44,915 nt of DNA, taken from NCBI GenBank assembly GCA_013265495.1, contig MU058054.1:868001-912915 (forward strand), written 5' to 3'. The notes below the pieces were generated by a model. That model was not told where the DNA came from and made no database searches. It saw only the letters and a list, made by a program, of their open reading frames with translations. Below, piece by piece: positions 34,801 to 44,915 of the stretch. Numbering within the stretch: the stretch's first letter is position 1; each line of letters begins with the position of its first letter. Position numbers and translations under genes: made by a program. The stretch comes from Vicugna vicugna. Lineage: Eukaryota.

Positions 34801-35679
34801 CAGATGCTGCCCCTTCAGCAGAGGCCCCTATTCATGCTTTCCAGCATGGTCCACGAACTCAAATCAGTCCATGGACCCGAAACTTTTCTCTTCTAAAAAC
34901 CTACAAACTTAAATTAACAACAAAAAGCTGCTTCTAAACAGATGAGGTAAATTGTACACCATCTCTCAACAGTCAACAGGATTTCTGTTTGCTCTCAGTG
35001 ATAAAATAAATGACCACCACCAACTTAAATAAACTGTTTTACTCTCTTATGAAGGAATACACTCTGTTTTTAATACATGACAGCATTCTGTGAGTCTGCA
35101 GCCGAGAATTTCGGTATTTTTGCTCACTGCAGTGTGATCTGGAATTGGAAAGCCTGGCCTAGACGATCATCAATGAAGAAATTAAAAACATCGACCGGAG
35201 ACATTCGACATAAAGACACGGTGCCAGGCCCGGGGCGACCCAGAGAGAGGTCGGGACCGGATCTCTAGGCCTTTGCTTGGGAAGAACAGGCATCAGGCAT
35301 GGGAGCCCAGCGAGCCCCTGCTTAATTTCCCAAGGAATCCATGTCAAGAGGCCAGCATGACTCACTGGCTAATTACCTGGAGCCCTGGGCTCCCAGAGCC
35401 CTTCTGGCTGCCCAACACATCTTCTCTCCTGACGGCGAACAAAACACCATTTTCACCCTGGTCCAGCCATAGCCTAAAGCTGTCCACATGGTGGTGTAAG
35501 GGATTATGACTCTAACCCGGATAACTCAGGCAGAAAACCTGCTGTTACCAGCCGCGGGGTGGGGGAGGAAATGAAACTCCAACAGACCGGTGTTCAGCCA
35601 CGCCACTCCCCTGCTTTAAAATCTCCTGGGTGCTTACGGGGCAAGGTCCAAGCGCCAAGCCTGGCTGACTGAAGCCCTT

Positions 35680-36075
35680 GGCAACATCCTTCTCCAGCTC
35701 CTCCCCGGCCACTCCCTCCTCCACGTTCTGGCCACCGTGAACTGTCCGGCCTGCCCCAGACACCAGGCCCTTCCATGCTCTGTCTGGCCGGTGCCCCATG
35801 CCGCCTTCCCCTCACTCCCACACTCCTATCCATCCTTCAAAGCCCCGCTGGAGCATCACCTTCTCGGTGAAGCCTTCTGACTCCCCCAGAAAGAAAGCTG
35901 CTCTTCCTCTGGGCTCCCTAACATCACTTTGTCCAGGGTGTCCTTCCCATGAGCCCACCGTAACTGTGGTCACCATGTCCCTTTTTGCCTCTGTGCAGTT
36001 CAGAAACAGGATTTTTATCTCTACACCTCTGTATCCCCTGAGGCCCAGCACAAAGTCAGTCCCCAGTGAATACAT
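35680..36075 (+). mobile_element. L2 fragment
   Basis: 'actcctatccatccttcaaagccccgctggagcatcaccttctcggtgaagccttctgact' and 'cacctctgtatcccctgaggcccagcaca'. Confidence 0.8.
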
Positions 36076-37479
36076 CCAACCACCAAAGGCACTCTCAGTG
36101 GCTGGACTCTCTGCTCCACTTTTCGGATGGACAACTGCCCTATGTATCACCTTCTCCCTGATCTGTTTTTAATTCACTGATCTGGGTTCAAGGGGAGGGA
36201 AATCAATCCCCATGGAAGTGCCCACAATCCCCTGTCCATGGAATGGTGCCCCCGAGCGGGGCCTCAGCTAACAGAGCTGTGCTAACCACGGGCCTGCCTC
36301 CCCCACTGCTGGGTCCCCGAGCAAGAGTACGTACCTCTGCAAGCCCACCACCGTGTGTCATATTTAAAAGACAGAAAACAAGGTAACAGACTGATAAAGA
36401 GACAATGTTCTATCGTCCCACCTTGACAGATAACCTTAATACCACCCTGGAGTCCAGGTCCGAATGGAGAGTTCTCTGTCCCCTTGGTTTCACACTGGAA
36501 CACGGACACTCAAGAGAGCTGGCCCCGAACCCCAGCCCACCCGAGCACCACCCCACCCTTAGAGGGGCTTCATGTACATACACGCAGACATGACAAGCCT
36601 GAACTCCATCCAATTCCTCCATCCCCCAGGCCTGCCCACCTTACCAGCGCTTGGGCCCACGGGAGCACACCCTGTCCACGGTCTATGCAGTCTGCCCTTC
36701 CTGAGGCAGGTGGACCTGGGGAAAAGGTCCACAGGGGACCTGGAAGATCCAAGACCCCTGGGGGCGGGGACCCGGCATAGGAAGTGCAGACTCTATATGG
36801 GCCATCCCTGGGCCCTCAGCTCTGCCCCATGGAAAGGACCAGATCCAGAAGGACATCCAAAGCCTGGCCCTCTAAGTGTGAGTCCCTTCTGGCGCGCGAC
36901 GAAGGGCAGCTCAGGGCGCCACCGGCCGCGTCTGGGTCATTCTGGAGCCGTGAGTTTCTGGCGCTGAACATTCTCACTTGACAACCCAGCCAACTGGTGA
37001 GGTGGGACTTGGGGCCGGAAGTGCTTTCCAACCGGGCCTCAAAAACACACCAGCAACCATAAACATCACGCACCTCCACACGCTGACGGGCAGGCTATCG
37101 GTGACAAGCCCCTGAGTCACCATGTTTCTTCTTCAGGATCCCCCCACCCCCCTCACCCCAGGAGCACTGATTCATCAAAGTTTGTTTTCAATACTATTAT
37201 TTTTAGTCAGCCAAACAATTTTTAAAGTGACGATGGAGTGGTGGGGGAGAGGGGAGAGCCACTGAAGAATATGCATGTTTCCCTCTCAAGAGGCTGCCGA
37301 GCCCTGGATCAACCAGAGGCCAGGTTGTGCGCATGTGCTGGAGGCCAATTCTTTAACCGCATCAACAGGGGTTCTCTAAATGGTGAGCCCTAAGAGCAAG
37401 GTGGGGCCAGAGGGGTCCCCCAGCCGCCACTGGAATCGATGGACATCATCAATCAAATGCCTCCCTTGAAAGGGAAAAA

Positions 37480-37705
37480 TGAGTGCTTACTGAGCACCTA
37501 CTATGTGCTATGAGCTACAAATATCAAATATCAGCCAAGTGCTAGATCTCTCTCATCTCATTTGCATTGATTGCCAGGAGGTGGGTGGCCCCGTCCCCCT
37601 TTATGCAGACAAGGAAACTGGAACTTAATCAAGGCTGCCACGCAGTCTGGAACCTGCGACTCAAACCCGGGTCTGTCAGACTCCGGGGCCCTCTGTTCTT
37701 CCTTG
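37480..37705 (-). mobile_element. MIR element
   Basis: 'cttactgagcacctactatgtgc...tttatgcagacaaggaaactgg...gactcaaacccgggtctgtcagactccggggccc'. Confidence 0.85.
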
Positions 37706-38984
37706 ATGACTGTGCTCTTCCGGTCCACCCACACCCCCCCACCCCAGCTCCCCAGGTAGTATTTTAAGAATCTGTCTGGGTAAAGATAAATGGCTACACA
37801 CAACACAGAACAAACTTACTCCCCCTGCCCTTGCAGGCACACAGAGAAACAGGGCTCACCTGGTGTCTGACTCCCACGAGGGTGCGAGTCAGTTGACAGC
37901 GGGGAACATTTGCAGCAAAAGGAAAAACCCAACTTCCATCACCAGCGCCTGCTTTCAGCCACTTGTAACGACTCAAAAAGTTCTTTCTGGATCCATTACC
38001 CCACTGTTGGGCTTAGCCCAGAGGTGATTTTTTAAGGAAAAAATGCCTTTTGGCATTTTTAAGCTGTGACAGCGTAAAAAACAGACCTTTCAAAAACACA
38101 CACCCAAAAAGCATTACTAGTTTCAAAAGTTCGGTCTCAAAGGGGAAAAGAAAAAAAAAAAAAGGTGACATCTCAGAGCTACAACTTGGCCTGGCGGTCT
38201 GTGATGCACGAGTTCGCGGTGAGAGCCACCAGCTTGATAAATGCTGCTAAGTTTCAAAAGCAAACCCTCACCCAGGCTGTCTTAAACCACCCTCGAGTCC
38301 TAAACTCCCAGCTAAGCTGTCAGGAGAAAAACTTGCCAGATGTAAGCAGGGAGAGGCATGTGATACAGAAAAAGTACTATTTCGGGGGAAACTCACTTTT
38401 CATTTCCGAGCTGGGGTTTAAACTTGTAACCTCCACGCTGCCCCACAAGAGGCGCACGCTTACGCAATCAAGTATAGCCTTTCTTTATATAGATGCTTGA
38501 AAGTAAATAAAGGCAGCTTCCTGGGTAAACTCTGACATATGAGCAAACATTTTCCACAGGTATCCTCTATAATGCCTACCTCTCACATTTAACCATTTTT
38601 AGGCAATTGTGGTCATTAGTTTAAGTAAACTTCCTGCTCCGAGGATAACCAAAAATAGCAACAAAAGAAGAAAAATTGCTCACTGCATCTCCAAAGACAC
38701 ACAGCCTCCCTCGTATTTGTCTATTTTTATATTCCTTTGTAGTTAAATTTCACTGATTTAGACGCACAGGGTAAGGGAGAGGCAGGGAGGAGAGAGGCAC
38801 AAAATAACCAAAATTAAAGGCTGAACTATAGTTTTATTACTTTCAACTATAGAAATTCACTGGCATCAGACTGATAGGGTCTTAGGGCATTAATAATTAA
38901 GAAAACTCTGTGATGTGTGCAAAAGGGAGCTTCCAATACGATCGCATGAAAACCACTCTAGAGTTAAGAGTTCTCCAGTAGAGT

Positions 38985-39115
38985 TTATCCAGCCCATTTT
39001 CCAGCTGAGCATCTCTGAGGCCCAGAGATGTTAAGTGCCTCACCCCGGGTGACACAGCTAATTAGAAACAGAGCTAAGTCTACAACGTCCCCAGGTCTGT
39101 TGACTCCTGCCTCCA
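38985..39115 (-). mobile_element. MIR fragment
   Basis: 'cccattttccagctgagcatctctgaggcccagagatgttaagtgcctcaccccgggtgacacagctaattag'. Confidence 0.8.
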
Positions 39116-39417
39116 AAATGACTCTCAGAAGTTTGTTTATTACTAATTTTTCTTTGACAGCATTTCTGGGGAGAAAGGGCCTGCTAAACAAACTTCAGCC
39201 TAGTCCAGAATTAGCCCAACTTCTTAATTAATAGGCTTCTAGTGTGTTTTCGTTTTAAACTTGAGTCTCTCTGTCAAAACATCCTGCAGCAGCGTGCCAC
39301 GGTGGCAGGCTGCTCTGTACAGCGGACGCCTCAGATAATCACAGCAGATAGGGGGACCCGTGTTATAGATTTGTTATTTCTGAAACTGTTAATTAAGTCA
39401 AAACAAAGAATGATGTT

Positions 39418-39443
39418 ACACACACACACACACACACACACAC
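39418..39443. repeat. (AC)13 microsatellite
   Basis: Seen directly. Confidence 0.97.
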
Positions 39444-40284
39444 CCTCATCAGGACTCAATCAACTGTAGAGCTTGGGGGATTTGGTTCCCTGGCATTAAG
39501 AAAACAGTATTTACAAATTAACTAGAGTGGATATACGCATGATTATTACACTCCAGAGGACACGTGGTCAGCTGCCAGTGGACTAGAAGTTACAGGAGGG
39601 CAGAGTAAGGCATCTACCTAGTTCACTGGTGTGTCCCTCCTACCTGGAGCAGGAGGGAAAGCATAAAAATGAATCAGACAAGTTCTCTTGGGATCTTCGT
39701 TCGAAAACTTGGAGAAGCGCAAAATTAGAAACCAGACTTCTGCAAGGTGGGTTTAATATGGCAACGGCCAACTGGTTCCAGGAACCATGGAGCTTGAAGA
39801 CTCCTTGGCCCAGGAAATGTCAGTGGTCAACAGAGATCCCCCGCCGTCCCAGGGAAGAGCTAGTCCCATCCAGCCCCGTCTGCAAAAGGCTGGGAAACCT
39901 CCCGGGCCCCTGCACACTCAGCAGGCTGCCTTCACTGGCAGCCTTTCGGGGACAGTTCTTTCCCTGTGGGGACTGGTCCTATCAGATGGGGATCTGGGCA
40001 AGAGGGCAGGGTAGATTCAAAAAAAAAAAAAAAGTCACTACATCAAAGGAGATCAGGACAAAAGTTAATCAGTATTGTTCCTAAGCCCCGTTGATTGAGA
40101 AAGCTGCATTCCACTTTAGAGAACTTAACTGCATTTATAGGAGGCTCCGGGAGTGGTGGAGCAAGGTGGGAGACTGGGCAACGGGAATAAAGTCGGACTG
40201 CAAGTTTTAAAGCAGGTACAGCTTAGTCCTATTTCATAAAAGAGCTCATACACCGACACGGCTGTATTGTGCATCCAATGGCAT

Positions 40285-40460
40285 TTAAAAATCTCCCAAT
40301 AAGTTAACAAGTGGAAATTAATGGTCGCTCAGTCCATTAAATCGTGTTAATTTTATTTCCATTACAATAATGCAGCAATTACAAATTTACATTATTGAAC
40401 CAATATTTATTTTTCAAAAACTCATTTTAATTGGATTCCTGATGGGATTAAGCTTGAGCC
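40285..40460. promoter_or_regulatory. AT-rich block dense in homeodomain-type motifs (candidate conserved enhancer)
   Basis: Many TAAT/ATTA cores, TAATTG at 40428-40433 and GGATTA at 40445-40450; no repeat similarity recognised. Confidence 0.4.
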
Positions 40461-40551
40461 AAATTCTCTCCATTATCAACTGCCTGCATTTCTCATCAGA
40501 ACTAAATGACTGTGTTTACTGACTTTTTTCTATTGTTAGAATTGTCATTTA

Positions 40552-40617
40552 TTTTTTTTAAACAACTTTATTATGATATAATTCCGGGACAGTAAACTAT
40601 GCATATTTCAGATATGC
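40552..40617 (-). mobile_element. 66-bp extremely 5'-truncated L1 3' end
   Basis: The minus strand reads '...tttactgtcccggaattatatcataataaagttgtttaaaaaaaa' (L1M terminus with AATAAA). Perfect direct repeat 'agaattgtcattta' at 40538-40551 and 40618-40631. Confidence 0.8.
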
Positions 40618-41694
40618 AGAATTGTCATTTAAAACTTTACATCCTTGTGAAGGCGTTTTAAAATAGATTATTCAAAGCTCTTAGGTCCATGTAGAAACTC
40701 AGGCTTATGTTCAGCAAGTGTTAACCAGAGAAGGGAAAAGCTGGGTCACAGCAAACCTCTGAAATTCTAAGCATCCACAATCACCTTCAAGGTGCCCACT
40801 TTTTCACTGACGCTGTTAGACTCTGAGCTAATATATGTAAAGTCACTGTTCCCACCAAGAAAACCTGAATTTCAGGTTTGCAATACTAATTACTTTCTAC
40901 TTCAAAGAGAGACCACTTCGCAGTGGAGTAAAATACTGAACAGAAGTCACTAGCCTTTGGGTGCAAATTATGAGGTAACATATTCATAGCAGTGCTCTGT
41001 TTAGGAAGAAGGAAGATAAAGCCGTCCTCATTCCTGTAGGCAACTGTCACGGTGAAGCCACAAGTTCGCACGATCGTACGGCCTTCCAGAAACTTCCTTC
41101 GGATAATAACTCCTGTCCCCCTTCTGGTTTTCTACCTCACACTGACCCCTCTCTTCTTCCCCCACCTCCTCCCCCAGAATTAATGGTCCCCCTGCATCCC
41201 TGCGCATTTTGTACAGCCCTTGGCCGAAATTTTGGGCAAGTCTGTCTCCCACTCTAGACAGGGAGCCCCTTGTGAACAGGCGCCTTGCCACGCACATCAC
41301 AGCAGGTATTTAATTAAGTGATGGGATAGTTTAGTAGCAAACGGGTGCTACACATAGACAGCTAAACGTAACTCGTCCGTCAAACTCTGTTTTACCAAAC
41401 ACTTCCACAGGCTTTACCTCATCCAGCTTTTACAGGTATCAACACAAAACCTCTAAGACATTAAGTGAACCGCTACATCAAACCAGGTGTTATAACAGCA
41501 AGATACAGGACCTGGATTCTGTGCTTTTTCTAGAGAAACCAGATGGCTGGCATTATTTTGTTGTCTAACAAAGTGACTTCTACACTATTTAAAAAACACA
41601 TCATAATCCACCCCCACCCTCCAAAAATACATTACTCCACACCAGAGCTCCTATTTCTTCTGATGAGAATAAGAAACAGACGCTCAACTAATGC

Positions 41695-41820
41695 CCTACT
41701 GATGTCTCCTTTATTGAAATGGAAGCTCCCACAGACAGGGGCCACCTCACTTTTATCTCTGCATCCACCCCCACTGCCTGGATACTGACTCAGACATGGG
41801 AGGGGCCAATAAGTATCAAA
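41695..41820 (+). mobile_element. L2 3' fragment
   Basis: 'tgtctcctttattgaaatggaagctcccacagacaggggccacctcacttttatctctgcatcc...tgcctggatactg'. Confidence 0.6.
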
Positions 41821-44079
41821 GAAGCCACAAAATCCAACCCTGTATCATGCGATTAGGAACTGTGAGCAAAGGGCTGTCTGCCACATGCACTGGTCCAAAT
41901 GCTGAACTCCTGGGGACAAGCAGCAAGTTCCAAGGTTCCGAATGTCAAGGGAACATCAAGTGGCTCCTAGGTTAGGCCAGAGCTCTGAGCCAGCCCCGTT
42001 GTCCAGCAGGCCCCCTCCTCTTCCCACCCTCGGGCAGAACTCCCCTGATCATCAAGGTTAACAATTGAAAGGAGAGGATGGGCCACGCCTGCAGCAGACA
42101 CAGTAAGCTTGCTTCCCATGGGCCACATAAGAACGGTGCTCTGAGTTGCAGCTGAGAGAGAAGAGGGGGCAGGGGATGCTGAGATGGAGAGGGTATTAAA
42201 GAGGCCACTCCTGCACCCCTGGGCTGTCCCCAGAAGTCTGAGAAAGGCGTGTTAGAGATGAGGATCTTTCTCCTTTCTCCGCAGGGTGAGAGCAGCCTGG
42301 CAAAGTCCAGGCAGATGAAAGGAGGAGGCCGTGCCCAAAGAAGATGCACAGAAAGGGAGGAGATGGTGTGTGTCAGACCTGGTGTTTGGTTCAATTCCCC
42401 ATTTTCCTCTGGATGTGGTGCTCTGACACAAGAAAGCCCAAATTCCCTTCCAAATAAACCAGCCCTTCAACAATTGCGCCAAGGCATGGATCCCACTGGT
42501 GGAAACCCAAGTTATTGGTGTCCATCAGGACAGTCATTTTCAAAGGTGCCTGGCTCCTTATCACGAACACGCACGCACCTCCCCTGCCTCTCAGTGGCAA
42601 ATGCATAGTTATCAAAGGCAGTGAGGAGAGAGCAGACAATTTGACCGGCAACCCCACAACAGATGGGGGCTCAGAGACACCCCGATATCACCAGTGTGAA
42701 GCCAGCTAGCCACCTCCCCAAGACGTGGCCCTTAGTTTTCTGCCCACGACCAAAACAGCAGTAGCTGTTGCCAGGGGAGACAAGGTGACCCAGAGGCGTG
42801 GGCACAAAATCCAGGGATGGAAATCCACTTTGTCTGGATCCACCCAAGTGACTGGGTTTCCCTAACTGAAAAAGACGGAAAAAAATCTGCCGTAGCATTA
42901 GGTCCTTGCCAGGCAGGTAGAAGATGGCTCGGTCCTAACAGTCATGAGAAGGCCAAGTTAACTCAGGCAGTGGAGGACTTTGGAAGAGGAAAAGGCAGGC
43001 CATAACTCTGCTTCCCCAGAGGGCAAACTCCCACCAAGGCGAGCAAGAACCAGGCCTCTCCTCCAGCCTGTCACCAGCCCAGAGTTCAACACTGACAATC
43101 TTGCCAACAGATATCCATTAGGCCCATCCAGGGGGGTCAGCAAAGACTGTGTTCAGAACCTTCAAAGTCAGGAGCATGCTGGGTCCGGATCCCATGTTTT
43201 TTATGCCAAGCCTTTCCACCTCTCTCCTCCAAAGCGTTCTCAACCTTCAAAATCAGATAAATCTTAGGCCTACTGGCCTTATCTATTTTCCAGGAGTTTC
43301 TTTTTCCGGATCTCATAAAACCATGTGGAAGTTCTTTGTAAACACTGTATGCAGCTGCTCGTTGTATAATTGATAACCAATTTTTTTTTTCTGTTTCAAG
43401 GTTTAAAGCGCTTGTCCTCAACAGCACCCAGGCCGGTAAGAAGGCAGGTTTTGCAAACCCCTCCCCAGGCAGGAGAAGTATGACCTCCATTCACCCACCC
43501 TCCGCCCAAAGGAATAATGAAGAATTAAAAAGCCAGGGCTGGGACCAGGACCTAGGGCTCGCTGACCATCACATCACACCATCTCCTCTGAAGTCAATTC
43601 TGGCTCCCGATCACACACCCAGAACTCACTTCCCAGACAGCACACCGCCTTCCCTCCCCCTTTATTGACTGGATCCACCCAGTTTTGAAAAAAATTATTA
43701 TTTTTCAAGTCAGCACTCCCACCATATGTGGCATTAATTTCCAGAGGAGGCCTGCCCTGGGTTCCCGTGGACAGATGTTGCTTTGTGCCTGCCTGACACG
43801 GCTGGCAGCTCTTGTACAGCTGCCCCAAGCAGGTGGCCAGGGACGGAGTTCACTCCTGGCCCAGCAGCAAGGATGACAATTCCTCCAGGGCTCAGGCCCT
43901 GGGGACCCTCTACTCATTCCTCTGCAGCCTGGGACTCCAAGGGCACGTACACACTAACTCCCCCTCGGTGCAGAATCAGACTTTTAAAAGGAGCTGAGAG
44001 GGAGAGACAGGAGGCTAAGGTGCACCCCCCCATACCCCAATTCCCAGCCAGGCAGCAGCTAAGCTAAGAGAAGGCCCTG

Positions 44080-44200
44080 GGGAGTGGAGACAAGTCACTG
44101 ACCCCTTCTATCAGCCATCTGTGAGCTCCCGCCTGACCTAGCTAGCGCGAAGTGGAGGATAAAGGAGGTCCAGACAGATGGCAAAGCGCTTTGGGAAGGA
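44080..44200 (+). mobile_element. MIR fragment
   Basis: 'gacaagtcactgaccccttct...gtggaggataaaggaggtccagacagatggcaaagcgctttg'. Confidence 0.5.
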
Positions 44201-44599
44201 GGGCTCTGTAGGAATGCGAAGGCCGATGCGAGGCCCACTTTGGGGTGCGTTTTGTTATCTCCTCAGCTCTAAGCCCCCCTCCGGTCTGCATCCAGTAGCA
44301 ATCTCAGACTGAAAGGAGAGCAAAAACCGGGGAGGGGGGTGGCGGAGGTTGGGCAGAAGACCCTATTCTCTGCCACTTATCTCTCATTTAGAAGTCAGAG
44401 CATTGCACTGCAACTAAAGTGTGTGTGCGCGGAGGGGGCGGGAGACTGGCACAACCGAATCTAAAAATACTCGATAAAAATGCTAATCCCGAAGGCAAAG
44501 AGAGAAGGAAGAAGGAATCTGTCAATCACGAGGCTCCCGCTCCTCACCCACAGCCCCAGCTGTACGGACTGCATTCCTGTCGAGGAGGAAAGAAGTGGG

Positions 44600-44915
44600 G
44601 GGACAGGCACGAAGAAAAGAAAGGGAGAGACACCACCACCTCCACGAGCGCGGGCCGCGGGGGCGGGAGGCGGCGGCGGAGGAGGGGCTGCGGCCCGCGG
44701 AGCTGAACAAAGCGGGCCTCAAGTTCTAGCCCGCAGCTCCCCGGGGTGGGGGGGCGGCCGATTCCTGCAGCACCCCCTTTCCTGGAGGGGAAAAGCGAAT
44801 GCGAGGTCTGGGAGCGCGAGTGCCGCGTGGAAGCCCCAGGCTCTGGATCTTTGCAAATCCAGAGAAGGTTTTGTTTGGGGTCCCCCCACCCCTTCCTGCC
44901 TGCGTTCCCACCCCC
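44600..44915. promoter_or_regulatory. Edge of a CpG island (probably continues beyond the window)
   Basis: Sharp rise in GC and CpG: 'gagcgcgggccgcgggggcgggaggcggcggcggaggaggggctgcggcccgcgg', with GC boxes (GGGGCGGG). Confidence 0.75.

Noticed and set aside
40861..40879. Perfect 9-bp-arm palindrome aaacctgaa-t-ttcaggttt
   Set aside because: A single inverted repeat of this size is not unexpected in 45 kb, and nothing else supports a function
7781..41792. At least ten AP-1 heptamers TGA(C/G)TCA (7781, 12509, 13955, 15110, 18382, 23287, 28976, 35358, 37113, 41786)
   Set aside because: Dispersed rather than clustered, several lie in repeats, and about 5-6 are expected from uniform base composition alone
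1..44915. Host gene identity; CRISPR arrays or other prokaryote-type systems
   Set aside because: No coding exon is recognisable, so no gene can be named. There is no repeat-spacer array or operon structure, and the sequence is clearly mammalian.

Overview
This is non-coding mammalian DNA, very probably from a camelid: it carries four copies of a tRNA-Ala-derived SINE resembling the camelid Vic-1 family. The window is GC-rich and dense in ancient eutherian repeats: many MIR and L2 fragments, L1M 3' fragments, a MER21-type solo LTR, an MLT1 LTR, and MER5A, MER5B and MER45-type DNA transposons. There is one 204-N assembly gap. I found no recognisable protein-coding exon; the only ORFs with a recognisable origin are decayed L1 ORF2p pieces. 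The right end runs into a CpG island, so the window is most simply read as a long first intron or the flank of a CpG-island gene that I cannot name. Most worth checking: a 93-nt element with box C/D snoRNA architecture (26874-26966), a perfect 116-bp tandem duplication inside an ancient MER5B, a homeodomain-site-dense enhancer-like block near 40.3-40.5 kb, an isolated CpG-rich patch near 5.0-5.3 kb, a 66-bp L1 remnant with a perfect 14-bp TSD, and a poly-C expansion inside the LTR. Repeat names come from my recollection of consensus sequences, and the boundaries of old repeats are approximate. No novel system is demonstrated by the sequence alone.
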